Assembly: GCA_963766685.1 (NCBI GenBank) | Contig: CAVYBJ010000001.1 | Coordinates: 343 to 64,342 of the forward strand | Length of the DNA: 64,000 nucleotides | Source: an uncultured Chloroflexia bacterium | GTDB lineage: Bacteria; Chloroflexota; Limnocylindria; Limnocylindrales; CSP1-4 | Direction of reading: 5' to 3' | Shown here: one piece after another, positions 10,758 through 22,406 of the stretch | Position numbering within the stretch: position 1 is the stretch's first letter | Layout: each line of letters opens with the position of its first letter | Program-made: the position numbers and the translations under genes | Notes under the pieces: model-generated | What the model saw: only the letters and a program-made list of their open reading frames with translations | Told to the model about the DNA's origin: nothing | Databases searched by the model: none

Positions 10758-11786
10758 TCATGACCGCGGGGCCAGCCCCATCCGCTCGTGGCACTCGGCC
10801 AGCGTGGCGGCGGCCAGTGGGGCGAGCCGCTCCGCGCCGGCGCGCAGGATCTCCTCCACGAGGCCGGGCCGGGCGCTGAAGTCCCGGTAGCGCTCGCGGG
10901 CCTCGGCGAAGGTGGCCAGGATGCGCTCGGCGAGCAGCTTCTTGGTGTCCACGCAACCGGTGGTGGCGCTGCGCTCGCCTTCCCAGATGGCCTCGTAGTC
11001 GGCCGGGCTGAAGATGCGGTGCAGCTGGCAGACGTTGCAGACCTCCGGGCGGCCTGGGTCGCTGCGCCGCTGCCGCTGCGTGTCCGTGACCATGGACATG
11101 ACCTGCCGCCGGATGGTGTCCTCGTCGGCGAAGATCTCGATGACGTTGCCGAGCGACTTGGACATCTTGTTGGCGCCGTCGGTGCCCTTCACGATGGGCG
11201 CCTCGGAGAAGACCGCGGCCGGCTCCGGGAAGGTCTCCCCGTAGCGGGCGTTGAAGGCGCGCACGATCTCCCGGGCCAGCTCCAGGTGGGCGGCCTGGTC
11301 CTTGCCCACCGGCACGTAGCTGGCCTTGTAGATGGCGATGTCGGCGGCCTGCAGCACCGGGTAGTTGAGCAGCGCCAGGTTGACGTCGTCTGGCTGGTTG
11401 CGCTTCTTCTCCTTGAAGGAGGGCGTGCGCTCCACCCAGCCGGTCGGCGTCACCGAGGCCAGCAGCCACATGAGCTCCACGTGCTCCGGCCGGTCCGACT
11501 GGCGGAAGAGCACGGCCCGCTCGGGGTCCAGGCCCAGGGCCAGCAGGCCCAGCGCCATCTCCCGCGTGTTGCGCCGGATGAGCTCGGCATCGTGGGTGCT
11601 GGTCAGGGCGTGGTAGTCGACGATGCAGTAGATGGCCTCGTAGCCGTCCTGCATGGCGATGTAGTTGCTGAAGGCGCCCAGGTGGTTGCCGACGTGGGGC
11701 AGGCCGGAGGGCTGCACGCCGGAGAAGACGCGCGCGCGCGGCGGCGGGCTCGGCGAGGGGGCTGGGAGGTCGGGGTCTGCTGTCAT
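10758..11786 (-). CDS. trpS: Tryptophan--tRNA ligase
   Basis: Class-I motifs GVQPSGLPHVGNHLG (HIGH-type) and KMSKSLGN. Length and layout match TrpRS. Confidence 0.9.
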   Translation of the reverse strand: MTADPDLPAPSPSPPPRARVFSGVQPSGLPHVGNHLGAFSNYIAMQDGYEAIYCIVDYHALTSTHDAELIRRNTREMALGLLALGLDPERAVLFRQSDRPEHVELMWLLASVTPTGWVERTPSFKEKKRNQPDDVNLALLNYPVLQAADIAIYKASYVPVGKDQAAHLELAREIVRAFNARYGETFPEPAAVFSEAPIVKGTDGANKMSKSLGNVIEIFADEDTIRRQVMSMVTDTQRQRRSDPGRPEVCNVCQLHRIFSPADYEAIWEGERSATTGCVDTKKLLAERILATFAEARERYRDFSARPGLVEEILRAGAERLAPLAAATLAECHERMGLAPRS

Positions 11787-11850
11787 CGCCCTGAAGCCTA
11801 GCAGGCGGCGTCGGCCGATCGGAGCCGCGGGCCTGCGCTACGATCGGCAC

Positions 11851-13153
11851 ATGGATCTGCAACACCCCGGGGTGGACACCTCGGATCGACCCGTGCGCCA
11901 GGCCCGGCGTGTCGGTCTGCTGGGCCTCGGCACGGTCGGTTCGGCCGTGGCCGCCCGGCTGCTCGACGCGGACTGGCGATCCAATGCCGTGGCCCGCGGT
12001 CACGTCCCACCGACGCTCGTCGCCGTGGCCGCGCGCGACGCTGCCGGCGAGCGCAAGCTGGAGCTGCCGCCGGACGTCCGCCTGACCGATGACGCGATGT
12101 CCGTGGCGACCGCCCCGGATGTCGACGTCGTCGTGGAGCTCATGGGCGGCACGGAGGCCGCCGGGAACGCCATCCGGGCGGCCCTCGCGGCCGGCAAGTC
12201 GGTCGTCACGGCCAACAAGGAGTTGCTGGCCAAGCAGGGCAGCGCACCTGGAGGCGGCGGCACGCGAGGCGGGCGTGGGCCTTCGCTTCGAGGCCGCGGT
12301 GGCCGGCGGCGTGCCGCTGCTGGGTCCGCTCGTCTGGGACCTGGGCGCCAACCGCGTCACGGCCGTGCGCGGCATCGTCAACGGCACGACCAACCACATC
12401 CTCTCGACCATGGCAGCCGACGGCCGCGAGTACGACGACGTGCTGCGCGAGGCGCAGGCGCGCGGCTTCGCGGAGGCCGACCCGAGCAGCGACGTCGAGG
12501 GGCTGGACGCGGCCTACAAGCTGGCCCTGCTGGCGCGCCTGGCCTTCGACGGCTGGCTGGATGTCAAGGCCCTCCGGCGCAGCATCCCGGTCCTTGGCAC
12601 GACGGCAACGCCCGGCATCACCGGTGTCACGCGCGCTCACCTCGGGGTGGCTGCCCGCCTCGGGCTGGCCATCAAGCTCGTCGCCCGCGCGGAGCGCAGC
12701 CCGGCCGGCCTGGTCCGTGCCGCGGTGACGCCGATGGCCGTGGCCGTCACCTCGCCCCTGGGGGCCACGCGCGGGGTCACCAACCTCATCGAGATCGACG
12801 CCGACCCCGTGGGTCGGGTGACGATGTCCGGCCCCGGCGCCGGCGGCCCGCCCACCGCCAGCTCCGTGCTCGCGGACCTGCTCGTCTTCGCCAAGTCGAC
12901 GGCGTCGATGTGGGAGCAGCTGCCCCCCGCGTCGGACATCGCCATCGAGGACGACCTGGCGGCCGAGCGGGGCTGGATGGTCGTGGCCGAGGGTCTCGGC
13001 GTGACGGGCATCCCGGAGGCCATCCGGGAGCTGTCACTGGCGACCACGGACGAGGGCTTCGTGACCCGTCCGCTCTCGCTGGCCGCCCTGGAAGGGCGCC
13101 TGGCGCTCCTGGACCAGCCCCTGCACGCCTATCCCGTCCGCTCCGACGCCTGA
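11851..13153 (+). pseudogene. hom: Homoserine dehydrogenase; one +1 frame break near 12240
   Basis: The N-part (GLLGLGTVGSAVA, VVTANKELLAKQG) is in the frame of ORF 11665... The remainder (LRFEAAVAGGVPLL, GIVNGTTNHIL, EADPSSDVEGLDAAYKLALLA, C-terminal ACT-like region) is in ORF 12089..13153. Confidence 0.85.
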
Positions 13154-13156
13154 CCC

Positions 13157-14273
13157 GTGCGCATGAGCCAGGTGCTGCAGCAGCTGCAGCGGGAGCAGAC
13201 CGCCAACCGCCGCCGGCCGCGGCTCATGGAGCGCTTCGCGGAGTTCCTGCCCATCAGCGCGGCCACGCCGCCGCTCGGCCTGGGCGAGGGCTTCACGCCG
13301 CTCGTGCACGCCCGCAGCCTCGGGCGCGCCATCGGCGTGCCGCTGCTGTACCTCAAGGTGGAGGGCCAGCAGCCCACCGGGTCCTTCAAGGACCGGGGCA
13401 TGGTGGTGGCCGTGGCCAAGGCCCTCGAGGAGGGCGCGCAGGCCATCATCTGCGCCTCGACCGGCAACACCTCCGCGTCCGCGGCGGCCTACGGCGCGGC
13501 GGCCGGCATGGAGGTCGTGGTCATCCTGCCCCGCGGCAAGATCGCGGCCGGCAAGCTCCTCCAGGCGCAGGCCGCCGGCGCCAGGGTCGTGGCCGTGGAC
13601 GGCAACTTCGACGACGCGCTGCGCGTCGTGCGCGACCTGACCGACACGCCCGACCCGGCGCACCGGGTGACGCTCGTCAACTCCGTCAATCCCTATCGCA
13701 TCGAGGGACAGAAGACGGCCGCCTTCGAGGTCTGCGAGGACCTCGGCGGGGCACCCGACTACCTCGCCATCCCGGTCGGGAACGCCGGCAACATCACGGC
13801 CTACTGGCGCGGCTTCACGGAGTACCAGCGGGCCGGCCTGGTGGAGACGACGCCGCGCATGCTGGGCTTCCAGGCGGCGGGGGCGGCGCCGCTCGTGCTC
13901 GGACACGACGTCGACGATCCACAGACCGTGGCCACGGCCATCCGCATCGGGCGGCCGGCCAGCGGCACCCTGGCCCTGCAGGCACGCGACGAATCGGGCG
14001 GCCTCATCGACAGCGTCAGCGACGACGGAGATCCTGGCCGCCTACCGGGACCTGGCGCGCCTGGAGGGCATCTTCTGCGAGCCCGCCAGCGCGGCATCGG
14101 TGGCCGGCGTGCGCAAGGCTGCCGCAGATGGGCGGATCGACCCGGGAGCCACCATCGTGGCGGTGCTCACGGGGCTCGGGCTCAAGGACCCCGACACGGG
14201 GGCCTCGCTGGCGACGCCGCCGCTGGACGCCGCGCCCACGGTGGAGTCCGTGCGCTCCGTGCTGGGCTGGTGA
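13157..14273 (+). pseudogene. thrC: Threonine synthase; one +1 frame break at ~14027 (GAC GAC g GAG ATC)
   Basis: PLP-Lys motif GQQPTGSFKDRG, ASTGNTSASAAAY and IPVGNAGNITAY are in the 13157 frame. The C-terminus EILAAYRDLARLEGIFCEPASAASVAG...VLGW is one base out of frame and stops at 14271-14273. Confidence 0.9.
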
Positions 14274-14312
14274 GCCGAGCCGTCCACGGCCGCCGGGATC
14301 GTCGGGCGCCGG

Positions 14313-15274
14313 GTGCGCGTCGACGTGCCCGCCACCTCGGCCAACCTGGGGGCCGGCTTCGACAGCCTGGCGCTGGCCCTCGACCTCGCCAACGTCATCG
14401 ACGTCGAGGTCCTGCCGCCGGGCAGCCGACCGGACGTGCGTGTGGAGGTGGTCGGGGAGGGGGCCGGACAGCTGCCCACGGGGCGGCGCAATCACTTCGT
14501 CGTGTCGCTGCTGGCGGGCCTCTCGGACGCCGGGCTGGATGCCAGCACGTTGGGCTGGCGTATCCGCATGGACAACGGCATCCCGGTCTCGCGCGGCCTG
14601 GGTTCCTCCGCCGTCTGCGACGGTCGCGGCGCTCGTGGCCGCCGACGCCCTTCTCGACGGAGCCCTGGGACGCGCGCGCATCCTGGAGTTGGCGACCCGT
14701 GACGAGGGCCACGCCGACAATGCCGCCGCCGCGCTCTACGGAGGCTTCTGCGTGGCGACCATCGCGGATGGGCAGCCGCTGGCCGTCCGGTTCGACCCGC
14801 CGGCGGGCCTCCTGGCGGCCCTCTACGTGCCGGACCGCCACCTCTCGACCTCCGCCATGCGCGCCGCGCTGCCCGTCGCAGGTGCCCTTCGCGGACGCCG
14901 TCCACAACGTCGGCGCAGCCGCGCTGGCCGTGGCGGCCCTGGGCCAGGGCCGCCTGGACCTGCTGTCCGCGGCCACCGTGGACCGCCTCCACGAGCCCTA
15001 CCGCGCCGCGGCCTACCCGGAGCTGCCGGAGCTGGTGGCGGCCGCCCGCGCGGCCGGGGCCATGGGCGCCTGCCTCTCCGGGGCCGGCTCCACGGTCATC
15101 GCCTTCAGCGCGGACCCGGCCGCCGCGGCGACCATCGCGTCGGCCATGGAGCGCCGCGCCCTGGCACTCGGCCTGACCGGACGGCCGCTCGTCCAGGCGG
15201 CGCGTGCCGAGGGCGCCCGCGTCCTGGCCATGCCCGCCGACGCGCGCGCTCGCCCGGACACGGCGCTCGCGTAG
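14313..15274 (+). pseudogene. thrB: Homoserine kinase; two +1 frame breaks (~14613 and ~14873)
   Basis: VPATSANLGAGFD and GHMP loop GIPVSRGLGSSA are in ORF 14313... ATVAALVAADALL...EGHADNAAAALYGG is in the next frame. QVPFADAVHNVGAAALAV...SGAGSTVIAF is in the third frame, ending at 15274. Confidence 0.85.
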
Positions 15275-15284
15275 AATCGCGGCC

Positions 15285-16532
15285 ATGTCCCGACTCATCG
15301 TCCAGAAGTACGGCGGATCCTCGCTCGCTGACGCCGAGCGCATCCGCCACGTGGCCGGCCGGATCGCGCGCGACCGTCGCGCGGGCGCCGACCTCGTCGT
15401 GGTCGTCAGCGCCATGGGTGACACGACCGACCATCTCCTCGACCTGGCAGCCGGCATCACCGATGACCCGGACCCGCGCGAGATGGACCTCCTGCTCTCC
15501 ACTGGCGAGCACATCAGCGGCACGCTGGTGGCCATGGCCCTGCACGCGCAGGGCGTGGAGGCCATCTCGCTGACCGGGCCACAGGCCGGCATCCGCACGG
15601 ACACCAGCCACGGCCGGGCCCGCATCGCCACCATCGAGCCAGCCCGCCTGCGCTCCGAGATCGAGCGCGGCCGGGTCGTCATCGTGGCCGGCTTCCAGGG
15701 CTCCACGGACAGCACCTTCGCCACGGGCGAGGTGACCACCCTGGGGCGCGGCGGCTCGGACACCACGGCCGTGGCCCTGGCGGCCCGCCTCAAGGCCGAT
15801 GCCTGCGAGATCTACACCGACGTGGAGGGCATCTTCACGGCTGACCCGCGCGTGGTCCCTGATGCGCGACTCATCCCCGTCATCGGCTACGAGGAGATGC
15901 TCGAGCTGGCCCACCAGGGCGCCCAGGTCATGCAGACGCGCGCCGTCGAGCTGGGCTGGGTCAACGACGTCATCATCCGGGTGCGCTCCACGTTCAGCGA
16001 CCACCCCGGCACCAGCATCCAGGAGGTATCGGCAGTGGAGCTGCGCGACAAGGTCCGCGCCCTGGCGCTCGACCGCAAGGTGGCCAAGGTCACCATCATG
16101 GGCGTGCCGGACCGCCCCGGCCTCGCGCGGGCCATCTTCGGGCCCATGGCGGACCAGGGCCTCAACGTGGACATGATCGTCCAGAACGTCGGCCACGACG
16201 GCAGCACGGACCTCTCGTTCACCGTGGACCGCACCCAGCTGGCCCGCGCCGAGCGCCTCCTGCAGCTGCTCGCCAAGGACCTCGGGTTCGTCGGCATCGC
16301 CACGGACGCCGCCGTGGCCAAGGTCTCCATCGTCGGCGAGGGCATCCACAACTCGCCCGGCTACGCGGCCCAGATGTTCGGGGCCCTCGCGGACGAGGGC
16401 ATCAACATCACGATGATCTCGACCTCGGAGATCCGCATCACCTGCATCATCGCCGAGGACCAGCTCGATGCGGCCGCCCGCGCCATCCACCGCACCTTCC
16501 GGCTGCAGGAGCCCGAGACCGCGGACGCCTGA
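15285..16532 (+). CDS. lysC: Aspartate kinase
   Basis: ATG 15285 gives MSRLIVQKYGGSSL. Kinase core VVVVSAMGDTTD plus two C-terminal ACT domains. The ORF is uninterrupted. Confidence 0.9.
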   Translation: MSRLIVQKYGGSSLADAERIRHVAGRIARDRRAGADLVVVVSAMGDTTDHLLDLAAGITDDPDPREMDLLLSTGEHISGTLVAMALHAQGVEAISLTGPQAGIRTDTSHGRARIATIEPARLRSEIERGRVVIVAGFQGSTDSTFATGEVTTLGRGGSDTTAVALAARLKADACEIYTDVEGIFTADPRVVPDARLIPVIGYEEMLELAHQGAQVMQTRAVELGWVNDVIIRVRSTFSDHPGTSIQEVSAVELRDKVRALALDRKVAKVTIMGVPDRPGLARAIFGPMADQGLNVDMIVQNVGHDGSTDLSFTVDRTQLARAERLLQLLAKDLGFVGIATDAAVAKVSIVGEGIHNSPGYAAQMFGALADEGINITMISTSEIRITCIIAEDQLDAAARAIHRTFRLQEPETADA

Positions 16533-16542
16533 GCCGGCGGGC

Positions 16543-17419
16543 ATGGCCCCGTCGCCGCCCATGCCGGAGCCACCGACCCGGGAGCCGTCGGGCACGGTGC
16601 CGGCCGACCTCGGACCGCCCGTCGCCATCGTCCGCCTGGAGCGCTTCGCCCAGGTCGAGTCGACCCAGGACGTCGTGCGCGGCTGGCTGGCCGAAGGGCA
16701 GCCGGAGATCTGCCTGGCCGTGGCCGACGAGCAGACGGGCGGTCGGGGACGCTTCCGGCGACCCTGGCAGGCGCCACCCGGGCGCGCGCTCCTGGTCTCG
16801 GCGGGGCTGCGTCCCGTGGACCTGCCGCTGGCGCACGCCTGGCGCCTGCCGGCCGTCGCCGCCATGGCGCTGCTGGACGCGGCCGCACGACGTGCTGGGC
16901 TCGGATGCGGACGGGCTGGCCCTCAAGTGGCCCAATGACATCGTGGCCGCCAGCGAGGGTCGCCTGCGCAAGGTGGCCGGCGTGCTCGCCGAGGCGGACC
17001 TGGGCGGCGAGCAGCCTGCGCAGCGTGGTCGTGGGCCTGGGCGTCAACGTCGACTGGCCGGCCTCCGACTTCCCGCCGGAGCTGGCGGCACGGCATGGGC
17101 AGCCTGAGGGAGACCGCGGGCCGGTCCGTGGGCCGCGACGCCCTGCTGGACGGCCTGGCAGGTCCGCCTCGTGGAGCGCTACGCGGACCTCCTGGGCGGC
17201 CGGTTCGATGGACGGCGCTGGGCCGAGGCACAAGCGACCACCGGGGCGGACGTCACCGTGGAGACCCTCGGCGGCCGCCGTCTGGAGGGTCGTGCGACGG
17301 GCGTGGACCAGGAAAGCGGCGCGCTGCTGGTGCGGGAGCCGGTCGACGGGACGCTGCACCGCATCAGCGTCGGCGACGTGGTGGCCTGCCGGGTCGGCGG
17401 ATCTGCCCGGGCCCTGTAA
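16543..17419 (+). pseudogene. birA: Biotin--[acetyl-CoA-carboxylase] ligase, group I (no HTH); four successive +1 frame breaks (~16887, ~17013, ~17090, ~17160)
   Basis: ADEQTGGRGRFRRPW (frame 1), KWPNDIV...KVAGVLAE (frame 2), VVVGLGVNV (frame 3), GRDALLDGL (frame 1) and VERYADLL...LHRISVGDVV (frame 2). Each segment lies one frame further on than the last. Confidence 0.75.
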
Positions 17420-17435
17420 CGGCTAGACTGCCCCG

Positions 17436-18028
17436 GTGTTCTGGAAGGGGAGTGGAGGTGCCGAGGCTGCCAGCGTCGTCGTCCCGTTCGACGTCGATCG
17501 GACGGCGGTCGAGGCGGCCCGTCACGACCCTCAAGCCTTCGAGCCGCTCTACCGGAGATACGTGGCCCACATCTACTCGCTTGCTTCTACGAGACCCGCG
17601 ACCCGCATGCCGCCGAGGACATCACCGAGCAGGTGTTCCTGAGGGCGCTGGACGCGCTGCCCCGCTTCCGGGAGCAGGGGGAAGGCGCCGGGTCCACCTT
17701 CAAGGTCTGGCTCTACTCCATCGCCCGGCACGTCATCGCCAACGAGCGGCGCACGCGCCGCCGCCGCCCGGTCGAGGTCATCGACGCTGCCCTTGACCTC
17801 CCGGCCGCGGACGATCCGGCCGCCACCGTCGTGGCGCGCCTGGAGGCGGAGCGCGCCATGCGGGCCGTCATGGCGCTGCCGGACGAGCGCCGCCAGGCGC
17901 TCCTGCTGCGCCTCGTCCACGAGTTGAGCGCCCGCGAGATCGGCCAGATCATGGGCAAGTCGGAGGGTGCCGTCCGGGTGCTCATCCACCGCGCCCTCGA
18001 CTCGGTGCGCCGCCAGCTCGCCTCGTGA
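17436..18028 (+). pseudogene. ECF-type sigma-70 family RNA polymerase sigma factor; one -1-type frame break near 17585
   Basis: Region 2 (FEPLYRRYVAHIYS ... AEDITEQVFLRAL, WLYSIARHVIAN) is split between ORF 17436..17642 and ORF 17633..18028. Region 4 HTH is LSAREIGQIMGKSEGAVRVLIHRAL. Confidence 0.8.
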
Positions 18029-18449
18029 GCAGCCGGGGCGGACCGGCCGCCGGCCTCGACCTGGCCATCGACGACCTGCTCGCGGACCGGCCGCGGCCCG
18101 TGGACGTGGAGACCTCCGAGCTGCTCTCGACGGCCCGTCTCCTGCGTGACAGCCTGCCCCGCTACCACCCCCGTTTCGGCTTCGACGAGCACCTCGCGCG
18201 CCGGCTGGCTGCCGCCGGTCGACCGCAGGCGGCGACAGGGCTCGATGGGTCCACCGCCCCGGCGGCTCAGCCCGCCCCCATCATCCCGATGCCCGGAGCG
18301 GTCTCGGCTGAGCCGCCGCTGCCGCACCGCCGCCGTCTGGGCCTGCTGGCGAGCGGAGCCATCGCCTCCGGCGTCTCGCTGGCCATCCCGATCGCAGGTG
18401 CCGCCCTGGTGGCGTGGCGGCGCGGTCGCACGGCCGGGGGGAGCCTGTA

Positions 18450-18450
<1 letters not shown>
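18025..18450 (+). CDS. Putative anti-sigma factor (single C-terminal TM helix)
   Basis: GTGA overlap with the sigma gene. 141 aa with one TM segment, LLASGAIASGVSLAIPIAGAALVAW. No recognisable catalytic motif, so the assignment rests on position only. Confidence 0.4.
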
Positions 18451-19375
<925 letters not shown>

Positions 19376-19383
<8 letters not shown>

Positions 19384-20469
19384 GCGCGGCGTCCGAGGTC
19401 CCGGCGGTGGGGCGGCGGCCGTACCCGCGTCCGACACGGTCGCGGAGGCCGAGGCGCGCGACGAGGCCCTGCGCGAGGCGGTCTGGTCACGCGTGCAGCT
19501 GGCCCGCAACGTGCGGCGCCCGCACACCCTGGAGCTGCTGGCCCTGCATGGCCGAGGACATCGTGGAGCTGCACGGCGACCGCGGTCACGGCGATGACCC
19601 TGCGCTGGTCGGCGGCTTCGCCCGCATCGGCGAGCATCGCGTCGTCTTCATGGGGCACCAGAAGGGCTCGGACGTCGAGGAGAACGTCAAGCGCAACTTC
19701 GGGATGCCGCACCCGGAGGGCTACCGCAAGGCCGCCCGGCTCATGAAGCTGGCGGAGCGCCTCGGCCTGCCCGTCCTGACCTTCGTGGACACTCCGGGAG
19801 CGGCGCCCGACGCGGCCTCGGAGGAGCGGGGCCAGGCGGAGGCCATCGCCCGCAACATCGCCCTCATGTCCAGCCTGCGCACGCCCATCGTCACCGTCAT
19901 CACCGGCGAGGGCGGGTCGGGCGGCGCCCTGGCCATCGCGGTCGGCGACGTCGTCATGGCCCTGGAGAACGCCATCTACTCGGTCATCTCGCCGGAGGGT
20001 TGCGCCACCATCCTGTGGCGGACGTCGGAGGCCGCGCAGGAGGCGGCGGTCGCCATGCGCCTCACGGCGCGCGAACAACAGGCGCTCGGCGTCATCGACC
20101 TGGTCATCGCCGAGCCCGACGGGGGCGCGCACACCGACGCGCGTGAGACGGCCAGCCGCCTGCGCGAGGCCATCGAGGCCCAGCTGGAGGCGCTCGCCCA
20201 CCAGGATCCGGAAGCCCTCGTGCGAGGGCGCTATGCGCGCTATCGTGACTTCGGCGCGTTCACCACGGCCGACCTGCCGGTCCGCGAGCGCCGCGAGCGG
20301 CAGAACATCGTGGAGCGCCTGCGTGCGCTCCTCGATTCGGGTCGCCCGGTCGTGAGCGTCGTGGAGGGCGAGACGGATCGATCCCGGCGTGGCCGATGGG
20401 GGCGATGGCGGCCCGGGCAGCGAGGTCGATGGAGAGGCGCGCGTGGCAGCCGAGGAGACTGATCGGTGA
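19376..20469 (+). pseudogene. accA: Acetyl-CoA carboxylase carboxyltransferase alpha subunit; +1 breaks near 19545 and probably ~20388
   Basis: N-terminus AVWSRVQLARNVRRPHTLELLAL is in ORF 19304... The core ELHGDRGHGDDPALVGGFARI, FVDTPGA and TGEGGSGGALA is in the frame of ORF 18414..20462. The last ~25 codons fit a third frame whose TGA (20467-20469) overlaps the next GTG. Confidence 0.85.
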
Positions 20470-21004
20470 CGGACGAGACGACCGGGCGCGGGCCCGGCAG
20501 GACGCATCGCGGACGAGGCCGTCGACCTGGACGTCCTGACGGACGAGGTCCTGCCCGCTCTCATCGCGCGCCTGCGCGCCAGCCGGCTCGCCGAGCTGGA
20601 GGTCCGCGAGGATGGCTGGCGCATCCGGCTGCGCCGCGACCTGCGGGCGGTGCGTCGATCGTCACGGGGGCACGCTGGCGACGCCCACGGAGCGGATGAT
20701 GAGGATGCCGTCGGGTGAGGCCCGCTCGCCCGCCGTGGGCTACTTCAGTCCGGCCCGCGGGCTCGTGGTCGGGCAGGGCGTGACGGCCGGGGACACGCTT
20801 GGCAGCGTCGACGTGCTGGGCATCGCGCAGGAGGTCACGGCCCCCGTGGGCGGCATCGTCAGCGCCGTGCTGGCAGAGGCCGGCCAGGCCGTGGAGTATG
20901 GGCAGGTGCTCGTGGAGATCGACCCGCTGGCTGACGACCTCGGCGGTCCCGAGGGTGACGCGGCGGACGGCCTGGCGACCGCGCCCGGGACGGCGGCGGG
21001 ATGA
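20466..21004 (+). pseudogene. BCCP-like biotinyl-domain protein lacking the biotinylated lysine; one or two +1 breaks in the N-terminal/linker part
   Basis: BCCP N-domain-like LAELEVREDGWRIRLRR. The C-domain SPAVGYFSPARGLVVGQGVTAGDTLGSVDVLGIAQEVTAPVGGIVSAVLAEAGQAVEYGQVLVEI aligns with AccB, but DVLGI replaces EAMKM. ATGA overlap with accC. Confidence 0.6.
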
Positions 21005-22380
21005 TCGGCCGCGTCCTCATCGCCAACCGCGGCGAGATCGCGGTGCGCATCCTGCGCGCCTGCCGCAGCATGGGCATCGAGGCCGTCGTGGCGCACAGCG
21101 AGGCGGACCGCGACTCGCGCGCCGTGCTCATGGCCGACGAGGCCATCTGCATCGGGCCGCCCGAGTCGTCCCGCTCGTACCTCTCCGCGGCCGCCATCAT
21201 CTCGGCCGCCCTGGTGACCGGCTGCGATGCCATCCACCCGGGCTACGGATTCCTCTCGGAGGACGACGCCTTCGCGGAGATGACGCGGGCACACGACCTC
21301 GTCTTCATCGGCCCCTCGGCGGAGGTGCTGGAGCGCTTCGCCTCCAAGGCCGGCACGCGCCAGCTGCTGGCGCGGCACGGCCTGCCCGTGGTGCCCGGCT
21401 CGGAGGGCATGCTGCGCGACGACGACCACGCCCTCGCCGAGGCGGAGCGCATCGGCTACCCGCTGCTCATCAAGCCCTCGGCCGGCGGCGGAGGCAAGGG
21501 CATGCGCCTGGCCCGCACCGCCCGCGAGCTGCAGCAGGCCCTGACGGTGTGCCGCTCGGAGGCGCGGGCCGCCTTCGGCGATGACTCGCTGTACCTGGAG
21601 AAGTGGCTGGAGCGGACGCGGCACGTCGAGGTGCAGGTCATCATCGACAACCACGGCCGCGGCGTGCACGTGGGCGAGCGCGACTGCTCGGTGCAGCGTC
21701 GCCACCAGAAGATCGTCGAGGAAGCGCCCAGCCCGGCCATCGACGACGCCACCCGGACGGAGCTCGCGGAGTCGGCCATCCGGGCCGCCCTGGCGGCCGG
21801 CTACCGCAACGTGGGCACGCTGGAGTTCCTCGTCGACGGCGAGGGCCGCTACTTCTTCATCGAGATCAACGCCCGCATCCAGGTCGAGCACCCGGTCACG
21901 GAGATGCTGTCCGGCATCGACATCGTGGCCGAGCAGATCCGCCTCGCAGCGGGCGAGCCCCTGGGCTACGGACAGGAGGCTGTGCGCCTGCGCGGGCACG
22001 CCATCGAGTTCCGCATCAACGCGGAGGACGTGCGCGCCGACTTCCGCCCCCAGGTGGGCACGGTGGAGCACTACGTGCCGCCCGGCGGCGCCGGCGTGCG
22101 CATGGAGACGCACCTCTACAGCGGCTACGAGGTGCCGCCCTACTACGACTCCCTGCTCGGCAAGCTCATCGTCTGGGGGCCTGACCGCGACAGCGCCGTG
22201 GCGCGCTCGCGCGTGGCGCTCAAGGAGTTGCTGGTGGAGGGCCTGGAGACCAATATCCCCTTCCACCGGGCCATCCTGGAGGATCCCACGTTCCTCTCGG
22301 GCGGCTTCGACACGAACCTGCTCGACCGCAAGGGCGCGGCGGCCTTCCTGGACGCCGTGTCCGGCGCCGCGGAGGCCTGA
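21001..22380 (+). CDS. accC: Acetyl-CoA carboxylase biotin carboxylase subunit
   Basis: 459-aa ATP-grasp ORF with LIANRGEIAVRI, KPSAGGGGKGMR and EINARIQVEHPVTE. Confidence 0.95.
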   Translation: MIGRVLIANRGEIAVRILRACRSMGIEAVVAHSEADRDSRAVLMADEAICIGPPESSRSYLSAAAIISAALVTGCDAIHPGYGFLSEDDAFAEMTRAHDLVFIGPSAEVLERFASKAGTRQLLARHGLPVVPGSEGMLRDDDHALAEAERIGYPLLIKPSAGGGGKGMRLARTARELQQALTVCRSEARAAFGDDSLYLEKWLERTRHVEVQVIIDNHGRGVHVGERDCSVQRRHQKIVEEAPSPAIDDATRTELAESAIRAALAAGYRNVGTLEFLVDGEGRYFFIEINARIQVEHPVTEMLSGIDIVAEQIRLAAGEPLGYGQEAVRLRGHAIEFRINAEDVRADFRPQVGTVEHYVPPGGAGVRMETHLYSGYEVPPYYDSLLGKLIVWGPDRDSAVARSRVALKELLVEGLETNIPFHRAILEDPTFLSGGFDTNLLDRKGAAAFLDAVSGAAEA

Positions 22381-22406
22381 CCCGGACCAGACATGAGAGG
22401 GAGACC

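Noticed and set aside
11787-11850. T-box leader for trpS
   Set aside because: Only 64 nt separate trpS from the divergent hom start, far too short for a T-box. No specifier or T-box sequence is seen.
11665-15573. 1302-aa plus-strand ORF that looks like a giant multi-domain protein
   Set aside because: It is a read-through chimera. Only the hom N-terminus and the middle third of thrB are in their true frame. The rest is out-of-frame thrC, thrB and lysC sequence, with Arg/Pro/Gly-rich nonsense.
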